Shown: positions 42,876 through 51,860 of the stretch, in pieces
Layout: every line of letters begins with the position of its first letter
Numbering within the stretch: position 1 is the first letter of the stretch
From: a virus
Reading direction: 5' to 3' (one strand)
Length of the DNA stretch: 51,860 nt
IMG/VR virus record: IMGVR_UViG_3300050132_000142
Coordinates: 1 to 51,860 of that record
Notes under the pieces: generated by a model
What the model was told of the DNA's origin: nothing
Database searches by the model: none
What the model saw: only the letters and a program-made list of their open reading frames with translations
Translations under genes and position numbers: made by a program

Positions 42876-45038
42876 ATGTACTCAGAAAAGGTAATACAGA
42901 AAACCATAGACGACTTCTCGCGCAGAAATGGATGGACTCCTACTTTCCATACCGTGTCTGAGTGCGACGAGATGGCCGAATATATCAACAAAATGGCTGG
43001 TGCAGAGAAGTCGAAGAATGGTTCTCGTACATATTGGTTCTGGAAAGATGGAAAGTCTCCAAGAGAATCGACTGTAAAACATATCAAGAGGTGGGTACAA
43101 AATGAGCGTTTTCTTTCTTTTGCGTCGGCAGAGTATTTCGTTACTCGCTATGCATACATACGCTCCGCCAACACTCAACTAATTCATTTCAACTTCAGAC
43201 TTGCACAAAGAATATTTCTTGCGGCTCTGGCAGAGTGCGATGATAAACAGGTTGCAATTCAGCTTTTCATCCTAAAGGCAAGGCAGCTTGGAGTCTCTAC
43301 AGTTGTAGCCTTGTTCTTCCTTCACCGGATTCTATATGTTGCGAATACCTACGCGATCATGGCTTCTGTGCAGATTCCTCAGTCTGAAAAACTGAAGAAT
43401 ATGCTGGATACATGCCAAGACAAATTGCCATTCTTTCTTCGTGTGTTCCAGGTATCAACCAAATCAAAAGAACCTAAATGGACAAATGGTTCTCTGCTGT
43501 CGGTTCAGGCTGGTGGCCAGGAAGTTGGCATCGGGCAGGGTACGTCTCCATCCTGCGTCCATGTAAGTGAAATTGGCGATTACGCGAACCCTAAACGAAC
43601 CTTGGAGGAAGGACTATTCCCTGCTTGCCATCAACTCGCCAGTATGTTCATGGTTCTTGAAGGCACTGGTTCTATGGCGACTACTTGGCAGAAGGAAAAG
43701 TGGGACTTCTATTCCAATAAGTCAAATCGTGGTAGATTTACGGCATTCTTTATCCCTCCGTCATGTGCCCGTGATTTGTATCCTCCTCAAGATTGGCTAC
43801 GAGCCAACCCTATTCCGGTAGACTGGTTCCCATCCGACCGTACCAGAAAGATGCGTCGGCGCGGTGAACTGTTCGTTCGCTCAACAGATTATCTCTGGAA
43901 GTTCCTAGGACAGCATTGGGAGATGGACAAAGAGTTTCAGTGGTATTGGGAATGTGGGTATAAGGAAGCTGTCGCAAGTCATTCCGAAAGAGAATACTTG
44001 TCCCAGACTGCTCCTACTCCTGAAGACGCTTTCCAATCTAAAGACGATCCGGTGTTCACCCAAGAGTCCATTGACATGGTGATGGAGACACGTGAGAAGA
44101 ATTACGTCTCATACGCGATTACGGGAAAAACAATTCTCATGGGAAACGAGAATATTCCCTACCAGCCCAACCATGAAGACGTGAACATCAATGAGGCGAA
44201 CATTGATGTTGAATGGGAAGGCATTGATGAAAACGAGTATAGATGGACCCTTGTTCCTCTGAAGACATTTGACGACTCATCAGACTCTGCTTGCTTCGAC
44301 AGGCTTCTAGTCTATGAACCCCCTGAGCATGGAGCATCATACGCAATCTCTATTGATACGGCGCATGGTCTGAACACTCCTAACGAGGACCGTTCTGCGC
44401 TCAGAGTGACACGAGACGGTCACGGAATAGAACCAGATAGGCAAGTAGCCAGCTTCAACTCCCTGCGCGTGAATAGTCCTCAAATGTCCCGAATCGCCGC
44501 TGCTATCGCAGTGCTCTATGGGACAGATGGGAAGGGAAATGTCACATCCTCAAACCAGTTGATTGCCAAGTTCTGCATTGAGCAGGTTCGGAAGCCGGGT
44601 GATGAGTGCCAGCACCAATTAAAGATTATGGGGTTCCTAGACCACCACATCATGCACCGTTACGACTCCAAGGGGAACATTGATCCTAATAAGGGTTCTC
44701 AGGAAGGATGGTTCACGCGTACATATACTCGTTCTATTCTTCTTGACAGGTACGTTGACGCAGTGAATACAGGTTGGCTGATTGTCAATGACCCAATCTC
44801 GATTCGACAGCTTGCCACCTTCATGCGAAAGTATCAGGATCACGGTCAGAGTCGTATGGAGCACAGCACTGGACAGCACGATGATGGGCTTTTTGCTGAT
44901 GCGATGGGCTGGACGACTCTACACGATTTTGAGAACAGCGCCAAGAGGATACAGAGCCGCTGGCCCCTCACGAAGAAGATGAAGGAAGTTTGCGATGGAT
45001 GGGCAACCCGCGAAATGATTATCGACGCAAATTTGTGA
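42876..45038 (+). CDS. terL: Terminase large subunit (720 aa)
   Basis: T4 gp17-like Walker A context ILKARQLGVSTVVALFFLH. Size and position directly upstream of the portal gene. Confidence 0.8.
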   Translation: MYSEKVIQKTIDDFSRRNGWTPTFHTVSECDEMAEYINKMAGAEKSKNGSRTYWFWKDGKSPRESTVKHIKRWVQNERFLSFASAEYFVTRYAYIRSANTQLIHFNFRLAQRIFLAALAECDDKQVAIQLFILKARQLGVSTVVALFFLHRILYVANTYAIMASVQIPQSEKLKNMLDTCQDKLPFFLRVFQVSTKSKEPKWTNGSLLSVQAGGQEVGIGQGTSPSCVHVSEIGDYANPKRTLEEGLFPACHQLASMFMVLEGTGSMATTWQKEKWDFYSNKSNRGRFTAFFIPPSCARDLYPPQDWLRANPIPVDWFPSDRTRKMRRRGELFVRSTDYLWKFLGQHWEMDKEFQWYWECGYKEAVASHSEREYLSQTAPTPEDAFQSKDDPVFTQESIDMVMETREKNYVSYAITGKTILMGNENIPYQPNHEDVNINEANIDVEWEGIDENEYRWTLVPLKTFDDSSDSACFDRLLVYEPPEHGASYAISIDTAHGLNTPNEDRSALRVTRDGHGIEPDRQVASFNSLRVNSPQMSRIAAAIAVLYGTDGKGNVTSSNQLIAKFCIEQVRKPGDECQHQLKIMGFLDHHIMHRYDSKGNIDPNKGSQEGWFTRTYTRSILLDRYVDAVNTGWLIVNDPISIRQLATFMRKYQDHGQSRMEHSTGQHDDGLFADAMGWTTLHDFENSAKRIQSRWPLTKKMKEVCDGWATREMIIDANL

Positions 45039-45054
45039 TAAAGTGGAGTGTAAT

Positions 45055-45528
45055 ATGGGAACTCAGAATGTACAGCTTACGGGACGTGAGAAGACGGTGG
45101 TCTACAAAGACCTCGACAATGGACGAATTTTAGGATTCGGAATTGACGGAGCACCGCCGATCAACTGTCCAAATGGAATACGGTACGAGACAATAGTGTG
45201 TCTCCATGCCCGTGATCTTGACCGATTCATGGACCAGTACCGTGAGCAGTATACCAGAGACGAGGAAGATGCTGCGGTCAGGAAGCTGGAACGGGAACGT
45301 CCATTCCGCCAGGCGAACAGAGATGCGATACTTGCTCGTAACCCACATCTTGACAAGTGGAACAGAGATGTTAATCTGAGACTGATTGACGCTCAAGACA
45401 AGATTTATGAAAGAGTTCTGTCTCAAAGAATGAGAGCCGTACCGAAACTGGTTGCCGAGATGTATGAAGCTGGCGGAGACGATACAAGAATTCTAAAGGA
45501 CGCGAAATCTGGAAAGAATGTGGGATAA
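45055..45528 (+). CDS. Hypothetical protein (157 aa)
   Basis: ATG 45055 with ggag upstream. Lies between the terminase and portal genes. Confidence 0.55.
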   Translation: MGTQNVQLTGREKTVVYKDLDNGRILGFGIDGAPPINCPNGIRYETIVCLHARDLDRFMDQYREQYTRDEEDAAVRKLERERPFRQANRDAILARNPHLDKWNRDVNLRLIDAQDKIYERVLSQRMRAVPKLVAEMYEAGGDDTRILKDAKSGKNVG

Positions 45529-47557
45529 CCCGGAAGAAAAGACTATCTCTTGGCAAGCACCTCCTCGGGAAGCTGGAGGAAATCAAGTCGCTGGGTTTAT
45601 GAATGAACTTGTCCAGCAAGGAGACAGTTGGGTACAAGCGCAACCGGGTATCTCCAACCTTGAGAATGATATACAGCTTTTGATGGGAACAGGTCAGGAC
45701 AGGGATATGGCATCCAACCTGCTCCAGCCGGATATTCGATCATTCGTTGAAACCATCACAGACCTTCGTCAAATTGCAACGATGGGGTCCAAGGCCAAGC
45801 AGAACAAGAAAATAGTTTCACTCTACAACGACATCTTCAAGTTCGTATTTTGGGATTCTCTATACGTACCTAATACTCGTAAGTCACTCCAGTGGGCCAT
45901 TATGGGGCGTGGATACAAGTGGCAGAAGTTCAGCCGACCGTGGCATGGTGGAGGTCCAGCTAAGATTGTATTTGAGTCTCTAGGGCCAAGAGAGTTCCTC
46001 CCCGATCAGATTCCCCACAACAACGACATAACAGACTCCTATGCTGGAGCGATTGTGGTTCCGATGGGACTCGCTGAGGCTCATTCTAGATTTCCACAAT
46101 TTCAGAGATGGCTAACTCCGCTTTCCAGTTATAGCAAAATAGGAGTTGGAATCAATAACAACATGATTCGCCGGTGGGAATTCTATGATCGCTTCAGGTT
46201 CGGCCAGCAGACGGGTGACTGGATCAATAAGTTTTGCGAAATTCGTTATCACTTCATTCATGATCTACGTATTAACGATACGGGATTCACTCAGACAATG
46301 GGAGTCAAGGGATCAACGTGGGGATACGAAGTTCCCACTCTTGGAGACCTGATTGTGACCACAGACCCGAATAGCGGTCTTCCAAGGTCACGCAAAGCTG
46401 AGATAGAAGATTGCCGTATGTATCCTCGGATGCGTCTTGTGATTACATCCCCTAGTTGCCCTGTTCCGCTCTACGACGATACCGCATTTGATATGCACGG
46501 AATAATTCCAGTCACGCAACATGACGTGAATGACTGGCCTTGGGCCTCGGTTGGGTACTCGCTCGTTAGTGGCATTAGAGGTTTGGAAGTTGCTCGACGC
46601 GATAGAATGTCTGACATCAATACTGTTCTTGCAGTCAAGAATGATCCTCCCCTGGGGACAGATGTTTCTACAGGAGTGTCAAGAACACAGATGGATAAGC
46701 TCGATCTACTCCATGCCCAGGGTGTGAGGGTAGGAGGGAAGGGAGATCCGTCAAAGTGGACGCGCTCACTATTACCCGAAGGCGTGAAGATTGACAATAC
46801 AGACTATGAGGGTGTGAAGCTATTAGATGGCGCTGTGAAGGCGGCTCTAGGACTTTCAGACATTGCCTCCTTGCGCGAGGTAAAGGGCAATATGTCGGAT
46901 CAGTCGTTCGACAAGTTTGTTGAGAATCTTGGACCAGTAGCAAAGGGAATTGCTCTCAACCAGTGGATAGCCAACTCCAAAGATGCGGAGATGCTTAAAT
47001 ACAACATTGCTCAATACTTTACTGTCCAGATGATTACAGACATGATCGGCCCGGAAGGGGTTGGCGTAGAAACGTATGACAATGATCCAAACTCTCTTGT
47101 CCCTTCACACCTTCCAGGGGAAGACCAGTCAACACTAAGCGCCCACAGCAGACTGGAAAGGGCGCGTTGGTTCTGCGAACGGCTCAAGGTAATCAATACT
47201 CCGGCTCAGTTGCTCAATGTGACTCACATGCAAGAGAGAATGCTGAATATGTTCCTGATTCAGCAGAAGTTACCTGTAGACATGGAAGGGACGATGGAGA
47301 AAGTAGGAGTTCCTGACTATCAGGTTCGTCACGAGGCGTGGAAAGAAGAGCAAATCGAAGATGCTATTTGGAAGCTTGAAGTTGAGAAGACACTCCAGCA
47401 GAAGGCAAAGTCTCTCGGCATGGAGCAAGCACCTCCACCACAATCACCCGGTCAAGGAAAGGGCGGAGGTAGAAAACAAACTGGGCAAAAGGGACAGCAA
47501 CCATCAATGAAGGGTGCTAAATCTGGAAACGTAAGGGTAGTCAACAAAAGTTCGTAA
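45518..47557 (+). CDS. Portal protein (679 aa), assigned by position and size
   Basis: Large ORF after terL, overlapping the upstream stop. Basic Gly/Lys/Gln C-terminal tail. Confidence 0.6.
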   Translation: MWDNPEEKTISWQAPPREAGGNQVAGFMNELVQQGDSWVQAQPGISNLENDIQLLMGTGQDRDMASNLLQPDIRSFVETITDLRQIATMGSKAKQNKKIVSLYNDIFKFVFWDSLYVPNTRKSLQWAIMGRGYKWQKFSRPWHGGGPAKIVFESLGPREFLPDQIPHNNDITDSYAGAIVVPMGLAEAHSRFPQFQRWLTPLSSYSKIGVGINNNMIRRWEFYDRFRFGQQTGDWINKFCEIRYHFIHDLRINDTGFTQTMGVKGSTWGYEVPTLGDLIVTTDPNSGLPRSRKAEIEDCRMYPRMRLVITSPSCPVPLYDDTAFDMHGIIPVTQHDVNDWPWASVGYSLVSGIRGLEVARRDRMSDINTVLAVKNDPPLGTDVSTGVSRTQMDKLDLLHAQGVRVGGKGDPSKWTRSLLPEGVKIDNTDYEGVKLLDGAVKAALGLSDIASLREVKGNMSDQSFDKFVENLGPVAKGIALNQWIANSKDAEMLKYNIAQYFTVQMITDMIGPEGVGVETYDNDPNSLVPSHLPGEDQSTLSAHSRLERARWFCERLKVINTPAQLLNVTHMQERMLNMFLIQQKLPVDMEGTMEKVGVPDYQVRHEAWKEEQIEDAIWKLEVEKTLQQKAKSLGMEQAPPPQSPGQGKGGGRKQTGQKGQQPSMKGAKSGNVRVVNKSS

Positions 47558-47562
47558 AATGC

Positions 47563-47581
47563 TAGTGCGAGTATCGCATCT
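47563..47581. promoter_or_regulatory. Palindrome TAGTGCGA-GTA-TCGCATCT (same motif family)
   Basis: Intergenic. Ends 2 nt before SD ggagg of ATG 47593. Confidence 0.4.
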
Positions 47582-47592
47582 TTGGAGGAAAT

Positions 47593-47898
47593 ATGGGGAA
47601 AAATGAGTGGGATATACTGTTTAGTTGGATGGATTTGGAAAAGAGGGCTGAATCCGACGTCCAAGCTATAAATTCCCGCATTAACGATCTACAACGATCC
47701 TCTATGTCTATTGATAGAAAACGCCGTAAGGGACGTATTCTTAAAGAGATTAGAAGAAATATCAATTGGGCTATGGAAAAATTCTATGATCGAAGGACAA
47801 TACGAGAAGCAATCAAAACGATTGGCCCTGATCGTAGCAAGATAAATGTATCTTCTGCAAACGAAATGAGAAAAATCATTATGGAGGAAATGCGATGA
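47593..47898 (+). CDS. Hypothetical basic protein (101 aa)
   Basis: SD ggagg upstream. Confidence 0.6.
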   Translation: MGKNEWDILFSWMDLEKRAESDVQAINSRINDLQRSSMSIDRKRRKGRILKEIRRNINWAMEKFYDRRTIREAIKTIGPDRSKINVSSANEMRKIIMEEMR

Positions 47899-48221
47899 TA
47901 AACGTAATTGATTCTGTACCTGATATTGAAAGAGAACTCGGCATTGAAGTGGTCAAGTCTGAACAGTATGTGACGTACAAACAGACTGTCTCTCTTCGCA
48001 AGAAAGAATGCGTTGGTGCAGCTCTGGCGTACTTGCAGCAGAGGCTTCACGAGGGCAAAGTAACGGGTCGTGTACTATGCCTCAACATGAACCAGGGTGG
48101 CATCACACAGGTGCAGACGGAGCAGACTGGGAAAATTAGAATTGGTTCAGAACTTGAGGAATTGACGGATGAAGTTTTTGAATCAAAAGAAATTTTGAAG
48201 AAAGACTTGACAAGTCTGTAA
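47895..48221 (+). CDS. Hypothetical protein (108 aa)
   Basis: ATGA coupling. Confidence 0.6.
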   Translation: MINVIDSVPDIERELGIEVVKSEQYVTYKQTVSLRKKECVGAALAYLQQRLHEGKVTGRVLCLNMNQGGITQVQTEQTGKIRIGSELEELTDEVFESKEILKKDLTSL

Positions 48222-48277
48222 GAGAGTGTAGTCTGTTTCTTAGAGAGTTCCCCGATCACTTCCTTTGGAAGATCGTG

Positions 48278-48317
48278 ACGGCCTCAGAGCTTAACGGCTT
48301 TGGGGCCGTTTTCTATT
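48278..48317 (+). terminator. Rho-independent terminator, preceded by a second hairpin at about 48252-48276
   Basis: Stem ACGGCCTCAGAGC / GCTTTGGGGCCGT (13 bp, 2 G-T), then TTTCTATT. Confidence 0.65.
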
Positions 48318-48337
48318 GCAACCAAAGGAGAATCATC

Positions 48338-48451
48338 ATGGCAAAGACGAAGCATGGTTTTATGGTCAAGGGTGTAAGTGGCGAAGGCAAGAAAGCTCGC
48401 AAGGGCAAGGGTCGGAAGGCTCGTGGTCGCAAGCGTAGCGCGAAGAAGTAG
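48338..48451 (+). CDS. Tiny, extremely basic protein (37 aa), not in the track
   Basis: SD aaaggag upstream. Hand translation MAKTKHGFMVKGVSGEGKKARKGKGRKARGRKRSAKK. Confidence 0.45.
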   Translation: MAKTKHGFMVKGVSGEGKKARKGKGRKARGRKRSAKK

Positions 48452-48462
48452 CTGATAAAGAC

Positions 48463-48714
48463 ATGGCTACTTCAATGCCAAACCCGCAAGCATCCGCTCC
48501 TCAACCAGGTGCGGATGCTACGTCTCCAGATGCTAATCAACTCCAGACTACATTGGGGAAGATCGCTATGTTGCTCAAGCAAATCGCGTCTCAGAATACA
48601 TCCGTTCAGGAACCTCTCAATTCCGCAGTAAATTCGATTGTGCAGGCAATTCAGATGGGTCGGCAAGCGCAGACAGCGCCTCCGGCACAACCGGCTGCCC
48701 CACCGCAACAGTGA
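48463..48714 (+). CDS. Hypothetical Pro/Gln/Ala-rich protein (83 aa)
   Basis: Track ORF upstream of the scaffold-like gene. Confidence 0.5.
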   Translation: MATSMPNPQASAPQPGADATSPDANQLQTTLGKIAMLLKQIASQNTSVQEPLNSAVNSIVQAIQMGRQAQTAPPAQPAAPPQQ

Positions 48715-48730
48715 AGAGGGAGAGAACTAA

Positions 48731-49543
48731 ATGAAGGTCGAAGAAATTTTAGCAGCACTTGGCGTTGAAGTTGATCCCGCGAAGGCATCCGTTGTTCAGG
48801 AATGGAACGGAAAACTATCAGCTTCTGAAAATGAAGCGCAAACCCGTTTATCTGAAGCACAGTCCAAGGTTCAGGAAGCAGAAGCACTCCAGCGAGTGAT
48901 TGACGACAATATCCGAACTGCTGGTCTTACTGAAACAAATATAGCTCAGTTGAGAGCGAATAATGCATCGCTGAGTGCCGCCAATGCACAGTTGATAACT
49001 GCCGTTGAGTCGATCAAGTCTCAGGGCTTCGATGGTATTACGATTCCCGATCTACCCAAGACAAACGTCCAGCCAAGCTCCGACCCTATGAAGGAACTGA
49101 AGGAAACTCTGATGAATGGGTTCGGTCAGATAGGCCAGACAATCAACGAGATGAACCGTTATCAGCGCGTGTTTGGTACGGCTATTCCTGAAGATCCGGC
49201 GACCATTGCCGACCGCGCTGCGAAGAACCGGCAATCTGTTCATGACTACGTTGAGCAGACATACAAGGTTAGCGCGAAGGAATACGAAATCGCGCAAGCA
49301 AAAGTTCAGAAGGAAAAGGATGACTACGCCTCTCAAAAGATCGAAGCATACAAGGCGGAGCATCCGGTTACGGCTGGACATCCTGAACTTGGTCCTGGCG
49401 TTCCTTCCAACTATCCGAACATCCCCAAACCACGGGATGTGAAAGATGTTCGTGCATTTTCTCAGTTGTCTCCGATGCAAAAGATTCAAGACGCAAAAGC
49501 TCGCGTCACCAAAGAAGTCCAATCGCGGATGTCAGCCGCATAA
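48731..49543 (+). CDS. Scaffolding-like protein (270 aa), assigned by position and composition
   Basis: Helical, coiled-coil-like, A/E/Q/K-rich ORF immediately upstream of the capsid-like gene. Confidence 0.5.
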   Translation: MKVEEILAALGVEVDPAKASVVQEWNGKLSASENEAQTRLSEAQSKVQEAEALQRVIDDNIRTAGLTETNIAQLRANNASLSAANAQLITAVESIKSQGFDGITIPDLPKTNVQPSSDPMKELKETLMNGFGQIGQTINEMNRYQRVFGTAIPEDPATIADRAAKNRQSVHDYVEQTYKVSAKEYEIAQAKVQKEKDDYASQKIEAYKAEHPVTAGHPELGPGVPSNYPNIPKPRDVKDVRAFSQLSPMQKIQDAKARVTKEVQSRMSAA

Positions 49544-49559
49544 TAAGGGGTGAAGAAGT

Positions 49560-50828
49560 ATGCAGGATCCACTTTATAATCAACGTGATGCAGTCAGCCG
49601 TGAGCTAATTCGCAAGGGTACGGTCATTGACTGGTTCGGAACCAACTATCCGTTGATGACGCTCTTGCGCGAAGCTGGCGTTATCGACTTGGATTTCCAA
49701 GGAACCGCTGTTCGGACTCCGGGCATTTATGACTATGCCCATGGTTCGGCGACGGAACCGGGTTCTACTATTAACCCGACGCGGAAGCCGATGGTGACCA
49801 ACACCAAGTACGACATCCGTTTCATGGAATCCGACATCGAAGTAGAGCGGACTGAATACGATCTCTACAACGCCAAGGGCGATACGCAGATTGCCGATCA
49901 GGAGATGATTGACAATTACTGTATGACCCAACGGCTTGAGTCAATGGTGGAGATGCAGGCTTACCAGCATGGTCAGTGGAATTCTGGCACTTCGTTCGGC
50001 GCTGCATCTGGTGTTGCCAATGACCGTCACAAAGCCATGAACGGCTTTGACGAGCAGTTCAATAACGGTGTTGATCCTGGTCCGTTTGGCAACTACTATC
50101 TGACTACTGGCGGTGTCACGCGCAATGGTGTAGTTGGGCAATCGTTCAACTCGACTCCATACTTCTGTGGAACTCCTTCCGGCGCGGCTGGATCAATCAA
50201 CTATTCTCACTTCCTGCTTGCCAATGCCCGTCTTGGTACTTTGGGAGCCAAGGCGCGTGTCGGTTTCACTAGCTTCTACGGTTGGGGTGCTATTGCTCTT
50301 GCCTTCCGTCAGCAGGCTGTTGTTCTTCAGCTTGACGTGAAGGAAGGGACGGACTTTGGTTGGCCTTCCGTTGACTTCAATGGAATCAAGATTCACGCCG
50401 ATCCACTGGCTCCTTCTTCCGCCGCATGGCAGACTTTACCGGGTGGTAATCCGGGCGCGTTTGGTTCCACCAGCACGTCCAAGTTCTATGACGGAGCTGG
50501 CGGCACGACTCAACTTACCCCGTTCCTAACGCCTACGTACAAACTGAATGGCGTGGCGGTGGCGGCTGGGACACTGTCTCCGACCGGATCGAATATTCCT
50601 TCGGGAACGACCATTAATCCGGGTGAGGCTCTTTACCTGATTGATCCTCATGCTTTGGTGGCATTGAAGCCTAAGCCGGGTTCCGGTTGGACGATGACGT
50701 TTGATGAAAACCGTATTCCGAACAACATTTCTTCGAGCATCCGCTACCTGAGGTATGCTACGAACATCTTCCCGGATCAGCCGACGCATGGCATGATTCT
50801 CTACGGGTTCAAGGGGGTTGGACAGTAA
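49560..50828 (+). CDS. Major capsid protein candidate (422 aa)
   Basis: Gene order portal-scaffold-capsid. Strong SD. Size is typical. Confidence 0.6.
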   Translation: MQDPLYNQRDAVSRELIRKGTVIDWFGTNYPLMTLLREAGVIDLDFQGTAVRTPGIYDYAHGSATEPGSTINPTRKPMVTNTKYDIRFMESDIEVERTEYDLYNAKGDTQIADQEMIDNYCMTQRLESMVEMQAYQHGQWNSGTSFGAASGVANDRHKAMNGFDEQFNNGVDPGPFGNYYLTTGGVTRNGVVGQSFNSTPYFCGTPSGAAGSINYSHFLLANARLGTLGAKARVGFTSFYGWGAIALAFRQQAVVLQLDVKEGTDFGWPSVDFNGIKIHADPLAPSSAAWQTLPGGNPGAFGSTSTSKFYDGAGGTTQLTPFLTPTYKLNGVAVAAGTLSPTGSNIPSGTTINPGEALYLIDPHALVALKPKPGSGWTMTFDENRIPNNISSSIRYLRYATNIFPDQPTHGMILYGFKGVGQ

Positions 50829-51682
50829 TGGCACAGGTTCCGGCACAATCATTCTACAATGGACCGTTCGCGGTATACACTTCTCCGACCGGAATGTCCG
50901 ATGTCAATACAGGCATTCCGTATCTCGGAGGTACGCTTCACGAGGGAGATTACTGCGATCTGACGGCAGACGAGGCCGCGCAGTGGAATATCCTCTACGG
51001 ATCGAAGCTCAACGCTGGCCGCTATCGCATGGTGCGCGTTGCTCCAGGTTCGACCTATAGCAGCATCAAGTATGGCTATCCTATTGGATGGGGATTCCCA
51101 ACTTCGGTTGGTCAGGTCTCTATCGTTGGCGCTGGTACTGTTGCTAGCGGTACAGCGGGAACCTATACTGTCACATCGTCTGCTGCTGGGGGTACTGCGG
51201 CAACGGCTACTGTAACGGTATCGGGCGGTGCAATTACTGGTGCGCAGCTTATCTACCCCGGTGCAAACATGACCTCAGTCCCGACATGGGGTTTAACTGA
51301 AATTACAGGATACGTTGGAGGTGCTGGTCCGCTAGTCGCTCAGATGGCCTACAGTTCCAATGTGGTAGGTTCCTTCGATACGACAGGTAGCAGTCAGATT
51401 TCGACTGTACGCGGTATCGCTTTGGTTCCTTCCATCACGGCTGCTCAGATTACTGCTGGGGCATGGATTGTGATTCAGGAACTTGGTATCGCTCCGGTAT
51501 TTGTTACCACGGCGACGGCTACAGTTCCCGGATCAATCGCATGGTCGGCCACGGCGGGCGCGGTGACTACCGCCGTTATAGGTACTCCGCTCATGCTTGG
51601 TGTCATCGGTGAAACGCTAGACACTGCGGCAGCATCCACGCTGGTTCGCGTAGTTCTCAGCCTGCCAACAGTGCAAGGTTAA
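50828..51682 (+). CDS. Capsid-associated (decoration/fibre-like) protein (284 aa)
   Basis: TAATG coupling to the capsid gene. Contains the module GTAGTYTVTSSAAGGTAATATVTVSGGAITGAQLIYPGANMTSVPTW. Confidence 0.55.
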   Translation: MAQVPAQSFYNGPFAVYTSPTGMSDVNTGIPYLGGTLHEGDYCDLTADEAAQWNILYGSKLNAGRYRMVRVAPGSTYSSIKYGYPIGWGFPTSVGQVSIVGAGTVASGTAGTYTVTSSAAGGTAATATVTVSGGAITGAQLIYPGANMTSVPTWGLTEITGYVGGAGPLVAQMAYSSNVVGSFDTTGSSQISTVRGIALVPSITAAQITAGAWIVIQELGIAPVFVTTATATVPGSIAWSATAGAVTTAVIGTPLMLGVIGETLDTAAASTLVRVVLSLPTVQG

Positions 51683-51691
51683 GGGGTAAGG

Positions 51692-51860
51692 ATGAACACA
51701 GCATACGTCTATCAAAGTGCGCAGGTTGGCGAGTTCCGGCAAGCTATTTTGTATGCTTCCGGTCCATCGTCATACTCTCGAACTACGGGTGACCCGGTAT
51801 ACAATCCCGGCTCGAACGAGTACATCAATTTCCCCTCTCAGGCAACCACCAAGAGCGGGA
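51692..51860 (+). CDS. 5' part of the wrapped virion gene (continues at nt 128 of the window on the circular map)
   Basis: ATG 51692 with aagggg upstream. The reading frame continues through the end repeat into ORF 16-552. Confidence 0.75.
   Translation, partial: MNTAYVYQSAQVGEFRQAILYASGPSSYSRTTGDPVYNPGSNEYINFPSQATTKSG

Noticed and set aside
1-51860. Search for an integrase/attP pair, a diversity-generating retroelement (RT plus TR/VR near the fibre genes), CRISPR arrays and toxin-antitoxin pairs
   Set aside because: No tyrosine or serine recombinase motifs, no reverse transcriptase ORF, no long near-identical repeat pairs near the fibre genes and no spaced repeats were seen by eye. Absence is not proven without profile searches.

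Overview
The window is a complete, circularly closed genome of a tailed dsDNA phage. The unique unit is about 51,733 bp, because nt 1-127 are identical to nt 51734-51860, and one virion gene wraps the junction. Layout by coordinate: (1) a plus-strand virion module running from terminase (42876) through portal, scaffold-like, capsid-like and decoration-like genes, across the junction into tail, fibre and large internal-protein genes (to about 17311); (2) a short minus-strand gene (17292-17849); (3) a plus-strand block with a secreted-looking SGNH esterase and lysis-type genes, namely membrane proteins, a papain-like C1 peptidase and a SleB-like hydrolase (18001-23367); (4) a minus-strand early block with an HNH nuclease and a Cro/CI-like HTH (23343-26551); (5) a divergent promoter region; (6) a plus-strand recombination/replication block with ERF, a KTSC protein, an SF2 helicase and a SNF2-helicase/DNA-methyltransferase fusion (26667-36028); (7) a second minus-strand block of small genes including a pentapeptide-repeat protein and two Xis-type HTH proteins (36006-39860); (8) a repeat-rich non-coding region followed by small plus-strand genes leading back to terminase. 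I saw no integrase, no CRISPR array and no reverse transcriptase. Most notable observations: (a) an intein in the DExx box of the helicase-methyltransferase gene contains a complete Vsr/DUF559-type nuclease gene in the +1 frame, with its own Shine-Dalgarno, so roughly 0.6-0.8 kb is dual-coding; (b) an apparently intact TnpB (IS200/IS605 OrfB-type RNA-guided nuclease) without TnpA fills exactly one intergenic gap of the virion operon, on the opposite strand; (c) a 76-nt tRNA-shaped element with a non-pairing anticodon stem is read through by a zinc-ribbon mini-ORF; (d) a recurring palindrome TAGTGCGA-N3-TCGCACTA lies next to start codons; (e) a pentapeptide-repeat gene is built from a nearly perfect 15-bp tandem array. 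All functional calls come from motif recognition by eye, and none has been confirmed by a database search.
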